Positions 21,569 through 32,972 of a DNA stretch of 64,000 bases are shown here, piece after piece. The position numbers and the translations under genes were made by a program. The first letter of the stretch is position 1. Each line of letters opens with the position of its first letter. The DNA comes from an uncultured Akkermansia sp. (GTDB lineage: Bacteria; Bacteroidota; Bacteroidia; B-17B0; Aurantibacillaceae), in the NCBI GenBank assembly GCA_964487105.1, contig CAZAPH010000002.1, positions 9,125 to 73,124 of the forward strand, given 5' to 3'. The notes under the pieces are model-generated. The model saw only the letters and a program-made list of their open reading frames with translations, ran no database searches and was not told the origin of the DNA.

Positions 21569-24500
21569 TTATACTTTAAATGTAATAAAAACATTGGTAC
21601 CTTGGTTCTTTTTAGAAGAAAAATTTATACTTCCATTTATTTGTTCTACAAGCGAATTAACTAATTGTAGTCCTAAAGATGGGCTGTTGTAAAAATCTAT
21701 ATATTCATCAAAACCAGTACCGTTATCTGTAATTGATAAGTTAATTGTATTTAATTCTTGTTTTAAATTTAAGGTTATGTTTCCAATTTTATTGCCCGGA
21801 AAGGCATGTTTTATAGCGTTACTTAAAAGTTCATTTACAATTAATCCTGTTGGTATTGCGTTATCTAAAGAAAGCGCAATTTTTTGAATGTTTAAATCTA
21901 GTTTTACTTTAGATTCGCTGATAGAATATGATTGTATAATGTTGTTAGTTAGAGTTTCTAAATATTCAGAAAAATTAACCGAAGTAAATGTTTTATTTTG
22001 ATATAAACTTTCGTGTATATAAGACATAGTTTTTATACGGTTTTGGCTTTCTTTTAAAACCGATAATGCATAAGGGTCGTTTAAATAAGATGATTGTAAA
22101 TTTAAAATACTACTTACAATTTGCATGTTATTTTTTACACGATGGTGTATTTCTTTTAATAATACTTCTTTTTCTTTTAAAGACTGTTCAACCTTTTGTT
22201 GACTTAATTTTTTTTCCGTTGTATCGTGTGCAATTCCACTAACTTCGGTAATTATATTTGTATCTTTATTTAGTATTGGATTTAAAAAAACCTCTAAATA
22301 TATTTTATTTTCATTTATATCTTGGGTTTCTATTTCAAAATAACTTGCTGCACCATTAAATGCCTTTTGATATTGAGCCTTTAGAGTGTCGTTATAATCT
22401 TTATCTGTTTTTAAAATACCTCTATTTAATTTAAAACCAACAAAGGGTTTAGTGTTATAAATAGATTCTATTAAATGAAAATAATTTTTATTAAATGATG
22501 TTAATCTTTGTCTGTTATCAATAGTCCAAATATAATGATGGCTACTATCAATAATTGAATTTAGTTTAGCTGCTTGGTCAATAATTTTTTGACTTGAAAT
22601 TCTTTTTTCGGTAATATCATAAGCAACGCCGCTAACCTCAACAACTTTTTTATTTGTATCAAAAATTGGCGTTAAATATATTTGTCGAATAGTAAGATTT
22701 CCTTTTTGATTAATGGTGTTAGAAATAAACTCAGCAGGTTGACCACTAAAAGCAATAGCGTAATTGTTTAACCATAAATTTTTATGTGTTTCGTTTTGAT
22801 AAGAAATACCAACTTTAGGATCGGTTGCTTTTAAGCCAACAACGGGTTTTTTGCCATGAATATCTTTCATTGCAAGCAAATAACTTTCGTTAACTGAGGT
22901 TAATTCTCTATTAGCGTTTATTGTCCACATGGGTTGGTTTCCTCTTTCAAAAATTGCTATTAACCTTGCGGTTTGATTTAATAGTTTTTCTTCATAAATT
23001 TTTTCTTGAGAAACATCATTAGCTATACAGCTTAGTTCTATTATTTGCTTGTTTTTATAAATTGGATTTACAAAAATTTTAAAGTGTACTTTATTATTGT
23101 TTTTATCTGTTTCTTTAATAAAAAAGGATTGTTTTTCGCCAGTAAACGATTTTGCATAAATTTTAAACCAAAAATCAGCATAACGTTGTTTTAAAACAGG
23201 GTCTTTAATTAAATCAACAACATTATCACCCACTTTAAATTTAATTTTAAATAGCCCTAATAGTAATAAATAAAATTTATGGTTAAAAGAGGTGAGCTTA
23301 TAGTTTTTATCAATAGTCCAAACCAAGTGTTCTGAATTATCTAAAATTGATTTTAAATGTGCTGATTTTTCAATTAATAAATTTTGTATTTTTTTGTTTT
23401 GATTAATTTGATTTTCTAATTTTTTATTTAATTGATTGGTGATTTCAAATTTAATGCGTTCTGTGTCTATTTCTTTTTGCTTGGTTAAATTAGTAACCAT
23501 TGATAAAATACAATCTTTATTATTATATTTTTGTTTATAGGAAATAATTTCTGTTTCTATAATTTTTCCTTTTACATCTTTTATTAAATATTGACTAGGG
23601 TAACTTAATATTTTATTTTCGTAAAGCTCTTTAATTCTATTTTTTGCTTTTTGAATAGATTTACTATCAATAAAATTAAAAATAGATTTGCCTATAATTT
23701 GATTTTTATTTTTTGCTTTTAAAACGTTCATTAGGGCGTTGTTGCAGTATAATATTATACCATTATCGTATATTAAATATGCAACCGGCGATTTTTCTAA
23801 TAATTGTTCGAGGATGTTTTTTTGTTGTTCTAGTTCCAGCTCTTTAGATTTTTGTATAGTTACATCTCTATACAAATTTAAATAAAACGCAATTTTACCT
23901 TCGTTGTTTAATATGGGTGTTAGTTTATTTTCCAACCAAATCTCTTGGCCGTTTTTATGGGTAGATTTATAAACATAGGTTTGATTTTTAATTACATTAT
24001 TTTTTTGATTTTGTTTTAATAAGGCATCCATTTTATCAAAAATGGGCTTAGTGTCTTTGCTTTTTTTAGAAAAAAACAAATGATCTTTTAAAACATCTTT
24101 AACTGTATAACCGTTTAATTTGGTAATGTTTGGACTAACGTAAAAATATTTTTCTTGAGGGTAATACGTATAAAAAGCAACAACATCGTTACCATTATTT
24201 GTAATTAAATCAAATTTTTGTTTGGCTTCGTTAAGTAAAATTTGTGTTGTGTGGTTTTCGGTAACATCTTTTAATGTACCAATTATTCCTACAAGTTGAT
24301 TTTGTTTGTTATATATTGGTTGGCTCCTGCCCTGTAAGTAAATAATTTGATTTTTAGTTTTATAAAATCTATAAAAAGCTTCTCCTGGTTTACTTGCGCC
24401 ATATTTTTTTTTATAACTATTTAATGAATTAGAGTATTGGTGAAGGTCATCAGGATGAATGTTTTTATAAACTTGATTTGGAGTTTTACCTAATATTCTT

Positions 24501-24982
24501 TTTACAGAATCGCTAATGTATGTAATAGCAGGCTTAGGGAAAAAATTTAATTCAAAAATTACTTCATCAGAATTTTTTCCAAGACTTGATAAAATATTAG
24601 CTGTTTTTTTTAATTGTTTTATTTGAGAAATTCTATTATTAATTTCAATAAATGTAGATTGAACCGCTTTTTTACCCTGATAAATTATTTTTGTTGATTT
24701 TGCTTCAATATAATATTCATTGCCCTTATTATCTAAAATGGGCATTTCTATTATTGGATAATTATTTTTGGTTAAAATTGTTTGTATTGTTTTTTTAACT
24801 TGGCTGTGTCTTTCTTTAGGAAAAAATTGAAGAATATTAATTTTTTTAGTTAAATTTTTTAGTTTAAAAAAATTTTTTGCTTCATTATTTATAAATAAAA
24901 TTTCATGTTCATTATAAATAATAACAGGCAACGGAAAACTGTTTAAAGTATTTAAATCAATATTATGTTTGTGTTTTTCCAA
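21569..24982 (-). CDS. Cytoplasmic multi-PAS histidine kinase (HisKA_2 type)
   Basis: Repeated PAS/PAC domains, EIHHRVKNNMQ, NELLSNAIKHAF and DNGTG. Confidence 0.92.
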   Translation of the reverse strand: MEKHKHNIDLNTLNSFPLPVIIYNEHEILFINNEAKNFFKLKNLTKKINILQFFPKERHSQVKKTIQTILTKNNYPIIEMPILDNKGNEYYIEAKSTKIIYQGKKAVQSTFIEINNRISQIKQLKKTANILSSLGKNSDEVIFELNFFPKPAITYISDSVKRILGKTPNQVYKNIHPDDLHQYSNSLNSYKKKYGASKPGEAFYRFYKTKNQIIYLQGRSQPIYNKQNQLVGIIGTLKDVTENHTTQILLNEAKQKFDLITNNGNDVVAFYTYYPQEKYFYVSPNITKLNGYTVKDVLKDHLFFSKKSKDTKPIFDKMDALLKQNQKNNVIKNQTYVYKSTHKNGQEIWLENKLTPILNNEGKIAFYLNLYRDVTIQKSKELELEQQKNILEQLLEKSPVAYLIYDNGIILYCNNALMNVLKAKNKNQIIGKSIFNFIDSKSIQKAKNRIKELYENKILSYPSQYLIKDVKGKIIETEIISYKQKYNNKDCILSMVTNLTKQKEIDTERIKFEITNQLNKKLENQINQNKKIQNLLIEKSAHLKSILDNSEHLVWTIDKNYKLTSFNHKFYLLLLGLFKIKFKVGDNVVDLIKDPVLKQRYADFWFKIYAKSFTGEKQSFFIKETDKNNNKVHFKIFVNPIYKNKQIIELSCIANDVSQEKIYEEKLLNQTARLIAIFERGNQPMWTINANRELTSVNESYLLAMKDIHGKKPVVGLKATDPKVGISYQNETHKNLWLNNYAIAFSGQPAEFISNTINQKGNLTIRQIYLTPIFDTNKKVVEVSGVAYDITEKRISSQKIIDQAAKLNSIIDSSHHYIWTIDNRQRLTSFNKNYFHLIESIYNTKPFVGFKLNRGILKTDKDYNDTLKAQYQKAFNGAASYFEIETQDINENKIYLEVFLNPILNKDTNIITEVSGIAHDTTEKKLSQQKVEQSLKEKEVLLKEIHHRVKNNMQIVSSILNLQSSYLNDPYALSVLKESQNRIKTMSYIHESLYQNKTFTSVNFSEYLETLTNNIIQSYSISESKVKLDLNIQKIALSLDNAIPTGLIVNELLSNAIKHAFPGNKIGNITLNLKQELNTINLSITDNGTGFDEYIDFYNSPSLGLQLVNSLVEQINGSINFSSKKNQGTNVFITFKV

Positions 24983-24983
24983 A

Positions 24984-26645
24984 TTACTTTTTAATAGTTT
25001 GTGTTTTATTATCGTCTAATTTAATATTATAACTTCGTAAACCTTGCTCGTATGTAGGTATTATTTTAATTCCTTGCCAAGCCACTTCAATATCATTATC
25101 ATACTTTATTTTAAGTTCTAAAAAACCTAATTCGTCATAAAAAAACCAATCACCGTTTTTAGCACCATTACTATAGGTTCCGCTCACAAATTTTTTTCCG
25201 TTTGAGTGGTAATAAGTGTGTAAACCAACAGGTTCTCCGTTTTGAAAACGACCCTCAAAACGTTTTTTACCACTTGGCATGTAATAACTATTCCATACAC
25301 TATCAGGTTGGCCAGCAACATAATTTCCAATTTCTTTATAATCAGGGGTTTCATAAATCCAATTACCTTCTTGATTATTATCAAAATACATTCCTTTTAA
25401 AATAATTTTACCTTGTTCATCATAATCTGTTAATTCGCCTTCGCGTTTACCATTAACATAATTTTCTTGTCTCCAAAGGTTACCACTTTCATAAAACCAT
25501 TTCCATACACCGGTTGGTTTTCCTGTTTTTGAATATTTTCCTTTTTGTTCAAGTTTTCCGCTGGCGTAAAAAAACTCCCATTCACCAACTCTATTACCTT
25601 CTTTATAAACGCCTTTACCTTTAAATTCGCCCGTGTAATGATATTCTTTCCAAACACCTATTCTATTTCTTACACTATCTACAGCGCCTTTAGCAATAAC
25701 AGTTCCATCAAAATATTCAATACAGCTATCTGGCACAGGTATATTACGACAAACTAATTTATTTACATATTTTTTTTCTAAGGAAGTTGAATCGTCAACT
25801 AAAAATAAACTACTATCGCATTGGCGTTTTTGTTTATAAGTAAAATGAGTTCCTATAGCAACACCATCGCTATAAACGCCTTCGTATTTTAAAGTCCCAT
25901 CGTTGTAGGTTTCTTTATAAACTTCTACATTAGCAATTTCGGGGGCATTTAAAATTTGTTTACCATTATTAAATTTTTTAGTACTTGTTAAATTTCCTTT
26001 TTTATCAAATTCTTTAACATAACCATCTAAACTATCGTCGTTGTATTTAGCTTCTTTTTTAATAGTTAAATCATTGTAAAATTCTTTCCAAATACCTTGT
26101 TTTTTACCTTCATTATCTTTTTGGTTCATTTTTTCATAACTCTGTAAAATACCCATTTTATAAACAATTATTGTTGTAATAATAGAATCTTCAGAATATT
26201 CGTAAGCTGTACCATTTTGTTTACCTTTAGTAAAAGGTATGATGTTTTTAACTTTACCTGATTTATAAAAGTTTATTCTGTTACCATCAATTAAATCATT
26301 TGTATAGGTTTCAGAAGTAACTAATTTTCCGAGTGTGTCAAAATAATTAGTTAATCCATTTTTTTTACCTTCAAAATAATTTACTGTTTTTTGAATACGC
26401 GCTTTATCATCGTAAAATTTCCAAATACTATCTAAAACAAAATTTTTACGATTACCTTCTATTTTAATTTTTCCATTTTTATGATAATTTTTCCAATAAC
26501 CATCAGGTTTACCATCTCGCATATAACCTTCGCTACTAACAACTCCATTTTCATGAAAAAATTTATTATAACCATTTGGATTTGTTGCTTGAGCCCAACT
26601 TTTTTTAATAAATAATAATAAAAATATTAGTACAATTTTTTTCAT
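24984..26645 (-). CDS. Secreted MORN-variant repeat (YwqK-like) protein
   Basis: Repeated G.W..YY.SG motifs and a signal peptide. Confidence 0.85.
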   Translation of the reverse strand: MKKIVLIFLLLFIKKSWAQATNPNGYNKFFHENGVVSSEGYMRDGKPDGYWKNYHKNGKIKIEGNRKNFVLDSIWKFYDDKARIQKTVNYFEGKKNGLTNYFDTLGKLVTSETYTNDLIDGNRINFYKSGKVKNIIPFTKGKQNGTAYEYSEDSIITTIIVYKMGILQSYEKMNQKDNEGKKQGIWKEFYNDLTIKKEAKYNDDSLDGYVKEFDKKGNLTSTKKFNNGKQILNAPEIANVEVYKETYNDGTLKYEGVYSDGVAIGTHFTYKQKRQCDSSLFLVDDSTSLEKKYVNKLVCRNIPVPDSCIEYFDGTVIAKGAVDSVRNRIGVWKEYHYTGEFKGKGVYKEGNRVGEWEFFYASGKLEQKGKYSKTGKPTGVWKWFYESGNLWRQENYVNGKREGELTDYDEQGKIILKGMYFDNNQEGNWIYETPDYKEIGNYVAGQPDSVWNSYYMPSGKKRFEGRFQNGEPVGLHTYYHSNGKKFVSGTYSNGAKNGDWFFYDELGFLELKIKYDNDIEVAWQGIKIIPTYEQGLRSYNIKLDDNKTQTIKK

Positions 26646-26700
26646 TTAAAAAAACACTAGTTAAAGTGTTATCTCTCAAATTTACTAATTAATTATAAGT

Positions 26701-27678
26701 TTACAAACCAAATTTAGCACTTAAATCAAGCATTTTAAGAATAGGTAATTTAGCTTTTTCAATTAAGTTTGAGTTCATTAATAATTCTGGTTGTTCGTAC
26801 TTTAAAGCAATATAAATTTTTTCAATAGTATTTAATTTCATATAAGGGCATTCGTTACAAGCACAATTATTATTGGGTGGAGCAGGAATAAAAGTTTTAG
26901 TAGGATTTGCTTTTTGCATTTGATGTAAAATACCTGTTTCTGTTACAACAATAAATTCGTTACCATTTTCGGGTTTTTTAGTAAAATTTAATAAAGCAGT
27001 TGTACTTCCAATAAAATCGGCATGTTCTAATAACGGAGCTTCACACTCAGGATGTGCAATTATTTTTGTATTAGGATTTTGATGTTTTAGTTTAATTAAT
27101 TTTTCTAAGCTAAAAATTTCGTGTACCATACACGTTCCATCCCATAAAACCATATCACGTCCGGTTTTTTTATTAATATAAGCACCTAAATTTTTATCGG
27201 GAGCAAAAATAATTGGTTGTTCTTTTGGAAAAGATTCAACAATTTGAACTGCATTAGTAGAAGTAACAATAACATCGCTTAATGCTTTAATATCTGCAGT
27301 ACAATTAATATAAGTTAATACAATATGGTTTGGATGTTTTTGTTTAAAACTAGCAAATAAATCAGGTGGACAAGAATCTGCTAAACTACAACCTGCATTT
27401 AAATCAGGAATTAAAACTTTTTTACTAGGATTTAATATTTTTGCAGTTTCAGCCATAAAATGAACACCAGCAAATAAAATAATATCAGCATTTGTTTTTT
27501 CGGCTTGTTGTGCTAAACCTAAACTATCGCCAATATAATCAGCAATATCTTGAATATCAGAATTTTGATAGTAGTGAGCTAAAATTACAGCATTCTTTTC
27601 TTTTTTAAGATAATTAATTTCTTTAATTAAATCAAGAGACAAATCAATATCCACATCTAAATATCCTTTATATAACAT
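26701..27678 (-). CDS. nadA: Quinolinate synthase
   Basis: [30 protein letters not shown] and CPYMK motifs. Confidence 0.97.
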   Translation of the reverse strand: MLYKGYLDVDIDLSLDLIKEINYLKKEKNAVILAHYYQNSDIQDIADYIGDSLGLAQQAEKTNADIILFAGVHFMAETAKILNPSKKVLIPDLNAGCSLADSCPPDLFASFKQKHPNHIVLTYINCTADIKALSDVIVTSTNAVQIVESFPKEQPIIFAPDKNLGAYINKKTGRDMVLWDGTCMVHEIFSLEKLIKLKHQNPNTKIIAHPECEAPLLEHADFIGSTTALLNFTKKPENGNEFIVVTETGILHQMQKANPTKTFIPAPPNNNCACNECPYMKLNTIEKIYIALKYEQPELLMNSNLIEKAKLPILKMLDLSAKFGL

Positions 27679-27689
27679 ATATATAAAAT

Positions 27690-28165
27690 TTTTTAAAAAA
27701 TAAATTATGTATTAATATATATAGCTTGTTAATACTGTTTATTATTTAGTATTAATAAACTTGTTTTTTAAGTAATTAACAACAACTAACAATTAATAAA
27801 CAAATTTACAAAATTAAATACTTGAAAATCAGTATTACATTTCTTAAGTTTAAAATATTAAAATGATATTTGTTAGTAATAAACTAAAAGATTTAAGTGT
27901 TAAAAACATAAAATTTATATGTATAACTAAATACATAAACTTAAAAATTAATTTTGATTTTAAAAAAATTGTATTAAACAAAACTTTATATTTAGTTTAG
28001 TAAAAATAGTTTTGGTAATTGTTAACATATAAAATACTTAATTAACATTAAAATTGTTAATTTGTTAATTTAAATTTTATTCATTTTCAATAAGTTAGTT
28101 TATTAATGTTAATTAACGTTCATTATTATTTTTAAACAAATGTTATTTTTGATTTTTAAAATTAC
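27690..28165. other. Candidate replication origin (oriC)
   Basis: About 490-bp extremely AT-rich gene-free region with repeated TAATTAACA/TGTTAAT motifs; parS cluster and mnmG nearby. Confidence 0.5.
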
Positions 28166-28171
28166 TAAAAT

Positions 28172-28606
28172 ATGAGTATAAAATTAGCTATTGGTTGTGA
28201 TCATGCAGGTTTTGAATTAAAACAACATATTATTACCTATTTAAAAGAAAAGAAAATTAATTTTATTGATAAAGGTTGTTATACAATTGATAGAGTAGAT
28301 TATCCGGATTTTGGACATGAAGTAGCACTAAGTATTTTAAATAACGATGTAAACGTTGGGATTTTAATTTGTGGAAGTGGAAATGGAATTAATATGAGTG
28401 CAAATAAACATAAAGGAATAAGAGCTGCTTTATGTTGGAATGAAGAAATAGCTAAACTTGCTAAACAACATAATAATGCAAATATATTAACTTTACCAGG
28501 TAGGTTTATTACAGTAGATGAAGCTTTAAAATGTGTAAATGCTTTTTTAAATGAAACGTTTGAGGGCGGAAGACATACTGATAGAATTAATAAAATAGAT
28601 TTATAA
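28172..28606 (+). CDS. rpiB: Ribose-5-phosphate isomerase B
   Basis: DHAG, DYPD, CGSGNG, HNNAN and FEGGRH motifs. Confidence 0.96.
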   Translation: MSIKLAIGCDHAGFELKQHIITYLKEKKINFIDKGCYTIDRVDYPDFGHEVALSILNNDVNVGILICGSGNGINMSANKHKGIRAALCWNEEIAKLAKQHNNANILTLPGRFITVDEALKCVNAFLNETFEGGRHTDRINKIDL

Positions 28607-28617
28607 AAAAAACATAT

Positions 28618-29145
28618 ATGAAAAAAATAGCAATTATTATATTAAGTATTTTGTGTTTAAAAATAGCAGCACAAAACGGAAAAACATTTCCAACAATTAT
28701 TGGTGAAACATTAGAGGGTAAAGCTATAAGTTTACCTATTAAAAATAATAAAAAAACAATTGTAGCCTGGGTTTTTAGTAGAGGTGCAGAAGATGAATTA
28801 AAAAAATGGTTAAATCCACTTTATAGTACATTTATGGATAAACCAAATGGAAAACCTGCTTTTGGACAAACTGTTTACGATGTTAATTTTGTATTTATTC
28901 CTTTAATAGGTGGAATAAAAAAAATTAGAGAAGATTTTAAATCAACTACAGATAAAGGTTTTTGGCCTTATATTATGGACACTGATAAATTTGATATGAA
29001 ACTACAAGCAGATTTATTAGGTATAAAAGATAAAAGCCTACCTTATATAATGGTATTGGATAAAGATGGAAAAATTATAGATACCCAAAGCGGTAAGTAT
29101 AGTGAAGATAAGGAAGAAAAAATTGAAGATGCTGTTGGCGAATAA
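28618..29145 (+). CDS. Secreted hypothetical protein, thioredoxin-like fold probable
   Basis: Signal peptide, FP.I.GETL.G and PYIMVLDKDGKI motifs. Confidence 0.6.
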   Translation: MKKIAIIILSILCLKIAAQNGKTFPTIIGETLEGKAISLPIKNNKKTIVAWVFSRGAEDELKKWLNPLYSTFMDKPNGKPAFGQTVYDVNFVFIPLIGGIKKIREDFKSTTDKGFWPYIMDTDKFDMKLQADLLGIKDKSLPYIMVLDKDGKIIDTQSGKYSEDKEEKIEDAVGE

Positions 29146-29157
29146 TTTTAAAAAAAA

Positions 29158-30618
29158 ATTAAATTACATTTTAAAATATTTATAATTTTTTTTATTGGAA
29201 TAGGATTCAAATGTTATTCGCAAAATAAAAAATTAGACTCTATTAAATTAATAATAGAAAATTTACCTAATGATACAAATAAAGTAAAACAGTATTTAAA
29301 ATTTACTAAACAAAATTATTTAAATAAAAATGTTGTTTTAGATAGTTTATTTCATCTTAAAACAACACAAAAAGCTATAAAATTATCAAAATCATTAAAC
29401 TATTATAATGGTATTAAAAATTCTTATTTTACTATAATAAATATAAACTTTTTAAAAGTAATGCATTATAAAAATAAATTTTATATTGATACTTTAAGAA
29501 AAATTTTAATAGAAAATAAAGATACTTCAGCTTTAGCAAATTTATATAAAATAGAAGGAAATATTTTTGTTAAACAAGGCTTAAATACAAAAGCTGCCGA
29601 GTATTATCATAAAGCAATTAGTTTAATTGAAAAATCTCATAATGATAATATTTTAGCAAGTATATATAATGCGTTAGGTGTTTTGTATATAAACACAAAT
29701 GATTATAAAAAAGCAGTTTATTATCATAAAAAAGCATTAACTATAAGAACTAAAATTAATGATACATTAAAAATTTCACATAGTTTTTTAAATATTGGCG
29801 AATCATATACTAATGGGAAAATGTATGATTCTGCAAAATATTTTTATTCAAAAGCATTACAAATACAAACACTTAAAAATAATAAAGTAGGGCAATCATA
29901 TAGTTATGAAGGAATAGGCCAAATATATTTTAAAAAAAACCAATTTAAAGAAGCACTTCAATATTTTACCAGAGCAAACGCTTTAGTAGATTCTGTTACA
30001 GATTTTTATCAATTTAATTTATTACAACTTGATTTAGCTAAAACTCACTTAAAATTAAATAATATTAAAAACGCATTTGATTATTATAAAATAACTGAAA
30101 ATAACTCAGTAAATAAAAGCGATGCTGTTGTATTATGTGATGTGTATTTTGGTTTATATAATATTTATGCTCAAAAAAACGATTTTAAAAACGCTTTAAC
30201 TTATCAAGAAAAATATTACACTTTAAAAGACAGTTTGTTAAATGATAATAACCATAGAAAAATAATAAACTTAGAATCAGAACACACAATTTCTCAAGAA
30301 AAGAAAAAAAACAATTTAAAAACTAAAAACTTAATTAAAAAAATAGAGATTAATAAAAAACAACAAAAAACAAAAATTTATATTATAGTATGTATTTTAA
30401 TTATTGTAATAATTTGTTGCGTTGTATTATTTAAATATAATAAATTAAGCGAAAAACAAAATAAAATAATAGAAAAACAAAATCTTAGTATTAAAAACAA
30501 AACTAATTTAATTGAAGAAAAACAAAAAGAAATTATTGAAAGTATAAACTATTCTAAACGAATACAACAAGCGTTATTACCCCAATTTAAATACATAAAA
30601 GAAAAATTAAATATATAA
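29158..30618 (+). CDS. TPR-TM protein ending at the SpoIIE linker helix (true start upstream of 29461)
   Basis: The frame is open from 29152 and includes a signal peptide (KIFIIFFIGIGFKCYSQ); C-terminus EKQKEIIESINYSKRIQQALLP. Confidence 0.75.
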   Translation: MKLHFKIFIIFFIGIGFKCYSQNKKLDSIKLIIENLPNDTNKVKQYLKFTKQNYLNKNVVLDSLFHLKTTQKAIKLSKSLNYYNGIKNSYFTIININFLKVMHYKNKFYIDTLRKILIENKDTSALANLYKIEGNIFVKQGLNTKAAEYYHKAISLIEKSHNDNILASIYNALGVLYINTNDYKKAVYYHKKALTIRTKINDTLKISHSFLNIGESYTNGKMYDSAKYFYSKALQIQTLKNNKVGQSYSYEGIGQIYFKKNQFKEALQYFTRANALVDSVTDFYQFNLLQLDLAKTHLKLNNIKNAFDYYKITENNSVNKSDAVVLCDVYFGLYNIYAQKNDFKNALTYQEKYYTLKDSLLNDNNHRKIINLESEHTISQEKKKNNLKTKNLIKKIEINKKQQKTKIYIIVCILIIVIICCVVLFKYNKLSEKQNKIIEKQNLSIKNKTNLIEEKQKEIIESINYSKRIQQALLPQFKYIKEKLNI

Positions 30619-30619
30619 T

Positions 30620-32056
30620 TTGAAACTATTCATCATATTTATTTTAACCCCATTTGTTGTTCTAACAGCAAACTTAGATTCGTTAAAAAATGCTCTTTTA
30701 AACAGCAAAAACGACACTAGTAAAGTAACATTACTAATGCAAATTGCTAAAGCAGAGTTTAACAAAAACCTTTATGTTAATAACACAAATTATATAAACA
30801 GGCTTACGCCAGCAATTGTTTTATCTAAACAATTAAATTATAAAAAAGGCGTTTTTAATGCCTATTTTTATATATGTTTTTTAAATACAATTAATAAAAA
30901 ATTTAATTTAAATGAATTGTATTTTGATACACTATCAAAATATTTTAATAACAATTTTGATAGCGTACAATACGCTAAATTTTTAAATACTAAAAGTTTT
31001 AGTTATATAAGACAAGATAAATTTTTTATTGCTGCTAAAAATTTATACGAAGCTTTAGCAATAAATGAAAAACTAAACGACACACTTCAAATAAGAGAAA
31101 CCTATAATAGTTTAGGTATATTATTTTTTAATATTAGTGATTTTAAAAAAGCAATTCAATATTACACAAAAGCAATAAGTTTAGATTTAAATAACGAAAA
31201 AAAAGTTAGTGTTTCTTATTTAAATTTAGGAGAAGCATATAGAGAAATAAATGATTTAGATTCATCTTTATTTTTTTATCAAAAAGCATTAAATTTATTT
31301 ATTAAAAACAACCGTAAAGCTTTTCAGGCAAGGGTTTATGAGGGTTTCGCTCAAATTTATAATTTAAAGCACGATTACAATAAAGCATTACATTATTTAA
31401 TTAAAGCAAAAAACTTATCTAGCAACACTTATGATCTTACTAATCAAATTCAAGTTGATTTAGAAATTGCAAAATGCCAATTAAACCTTAACAACACAAA
31501 AGAAGCAAAACAAAATTTTATTATATTAATTAATAAACAAAAACAAATTAATGATGTTTCTGTTTTAATGAAAGCCTATTTTGGTTTGTATAAAATTTAT
31601 AAATCAGAAAACAATCATAAAGAAGCATATATTAATTATACATTATACAATAATTATAACGATAGCTTAACCAACCAAACAAATTTTAAAAACCTTACTA
31701 ATATTGAAACAGAATTTTTATTAAATCAAGAAAAAGAACTAGGTTTAATTGAGCGAGAAAACTTAAGAGAACAATTTGAAATATATAAAAAAAATAAAAA
31801 CCTATTTATTTTAGCAACAATAATAATTTTAGGCTTTATAATAATTTTTTCTTTTTATTTAACAGGGATGTTTATTAAACGGAAGAAGAAAAATAAAATT
31901 ATTATATCACAACAAACCGAATTAAACCATCAAAACGCTATAATTGAAGAAAAACAAAAAGAAATTTTAGATAGTATTTATTGTGCTAAAAAAATACAAA
32001 TTGCCCTTTTGCCAAACAATAAATATTTAAGTAAATATTTAAAAAATAATTTGTAA
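30620..32056 (+). CDS. TPR-TM protein ending at the SpoIIE linker helix
   Basis: Signal peptide, TPRs, TM, EKQKEILDSIYCAKKIQIALLP. Confidence 0.85.
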   Translation: MKLFIIFILTPFVVLTANLDSLKNALLNSKNDTSKVTLLMQIAKAEFNKNLYVNNTNYINRLTPAIVLSKQLNYKKGVFNAYFYICFLNTINKKFNLNELYFDTLSKYFNNNFDSVQYAKFLNTKSFSYIRQDKFFIAAKNLYEALAINEKLNDTLQIRETYNSLGILFFNISDFKKAIQYYTKAISLDLNNEKKVSVSYLNLGEAYREINDLDSSLFFYQKALNLFIKNNRKAFQARVYEGFAQIYNLKHDYNKALHYLIKAKNLSSNTYDLTNQIQVDLEIAKCQLNLNNTKEAKQNFIILINKQKQINDVSVLMKAYFGLYKIYKSENNHKEAYINYTLYNNYNDSLTNQTNFKNLTNIETEFLLNQEKELGLIERENLREQFEIYKKNKNLFILATIIILGFIIIFSFYLTGMFIKRKKKNKIIISQQTELNHQNAIIEEKQKEILDSIYCAKKIQIALLPNNKYLSKYLKNNL

Positions 32057-32075
32057 CTTAGTTATTGTAAATTTC

Positions 32076-32972
32076 ATGATTATGAAAACAGCCTTAACTG
32101 CATTATTTGTATTTATTATTTTTAATTTATACGCTCAAAACATCAATAACTATAGTTTTAATAATTCATTAATTTTTACAAACCCCGCTTTTGCAGGTAG
32201 TAACGGCGGTTTAAGGGTTCAAAGCAATTATATATTAAGTACACAGCCTTTTAATTATGATAAAAACTTAAGATATAATTCTGTTGATGGTTATATTTCT
32301 AAATTAAAAATGGGTGTTTTTGTTAGTGAAAATGGATATAATTCAGAGTTTTCTAACATTAATACACAACTTTCAACCGGAATTTCAAAAAAAATAAGTT
32401 TAAAAAACGGACTTACCTTTGTACCTGCAATTAGTGGTACCTATTTAAACGGTAATAATAAGTATTTTTATGGATGGTGCGCCACTCCGCCCGTTACTCT
32501 TTATAATGTAAATTGTTCAGAAATTACTGCCAACTCCGGTTTAATTATAAGCTATAAAAATTTTTATGCCGGTATTAGTTTTAATAATATGTTTTCTGAA
32601 AAATACAAAAACAAACCATACTTTTTAAAAGAACAAACAAACGCGCATATAGCATATTCCTATAAATTAAATGAGAAAAACTTAATACAACTTAATGCGG
32701 CGCTTTTTGTACAAAATTATTATCAAAGTGCGCAAGTGGGCGCAAACGCAATTATACAAAATCATTTTTTAATAGGGTTTGGTTACAATAATTCTAATGA
32801 AATTATAAATAGTATAGGTTTTAAAACTAATATATTTTCAGTTAAATATAATTTAAATTATGGCACTAGTAAACTATCCGAAACAAATTATTATTTACAT
32901 TCTATTTCAGCATCTTTAAATTTAAAACCTAAAAACAATAAAATAAATTTAAAACTATTTGAAGAATTTTAA
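32076..32972 (+). CDS. PorP/SprF family T9SS beta-barrel protein
   Basis: NPAFAG motif after the signal peptide; amphipathic strands. Confidence 0.75.
   Translation: MIMKTALTALFVFIIFNLYAQNINNYSFNNSLIFTNPAFAGSNGGLRVQSNYILSTQPFNYDKNLRYNSVDGYISKLKMGVFVSENGYNSEFSNINTQLSTGISKKISLKNGLTFVPAISGTYLNGNNKYFYGWCATPPVTLYNVNCSEITANSGLIISYKNFYAGISFNNMFSEKYKNKPYFLKEQTNAHIAYSYKLNEKNLIQLNAALFVQNYYQSAQVGANAIIQNHFLIGFGYNNSNEIINSIGFKTNIFSVKYNLNYGTSKLSETNYYLHSISASLNLKPKNNKINLKLFEEF

Noticed and set aside
24984..26645. YwqK-like protein as an antitoxin
   Set aside because: It is a secreted MORN-variant repeat protein with no adjacent toxin gene.
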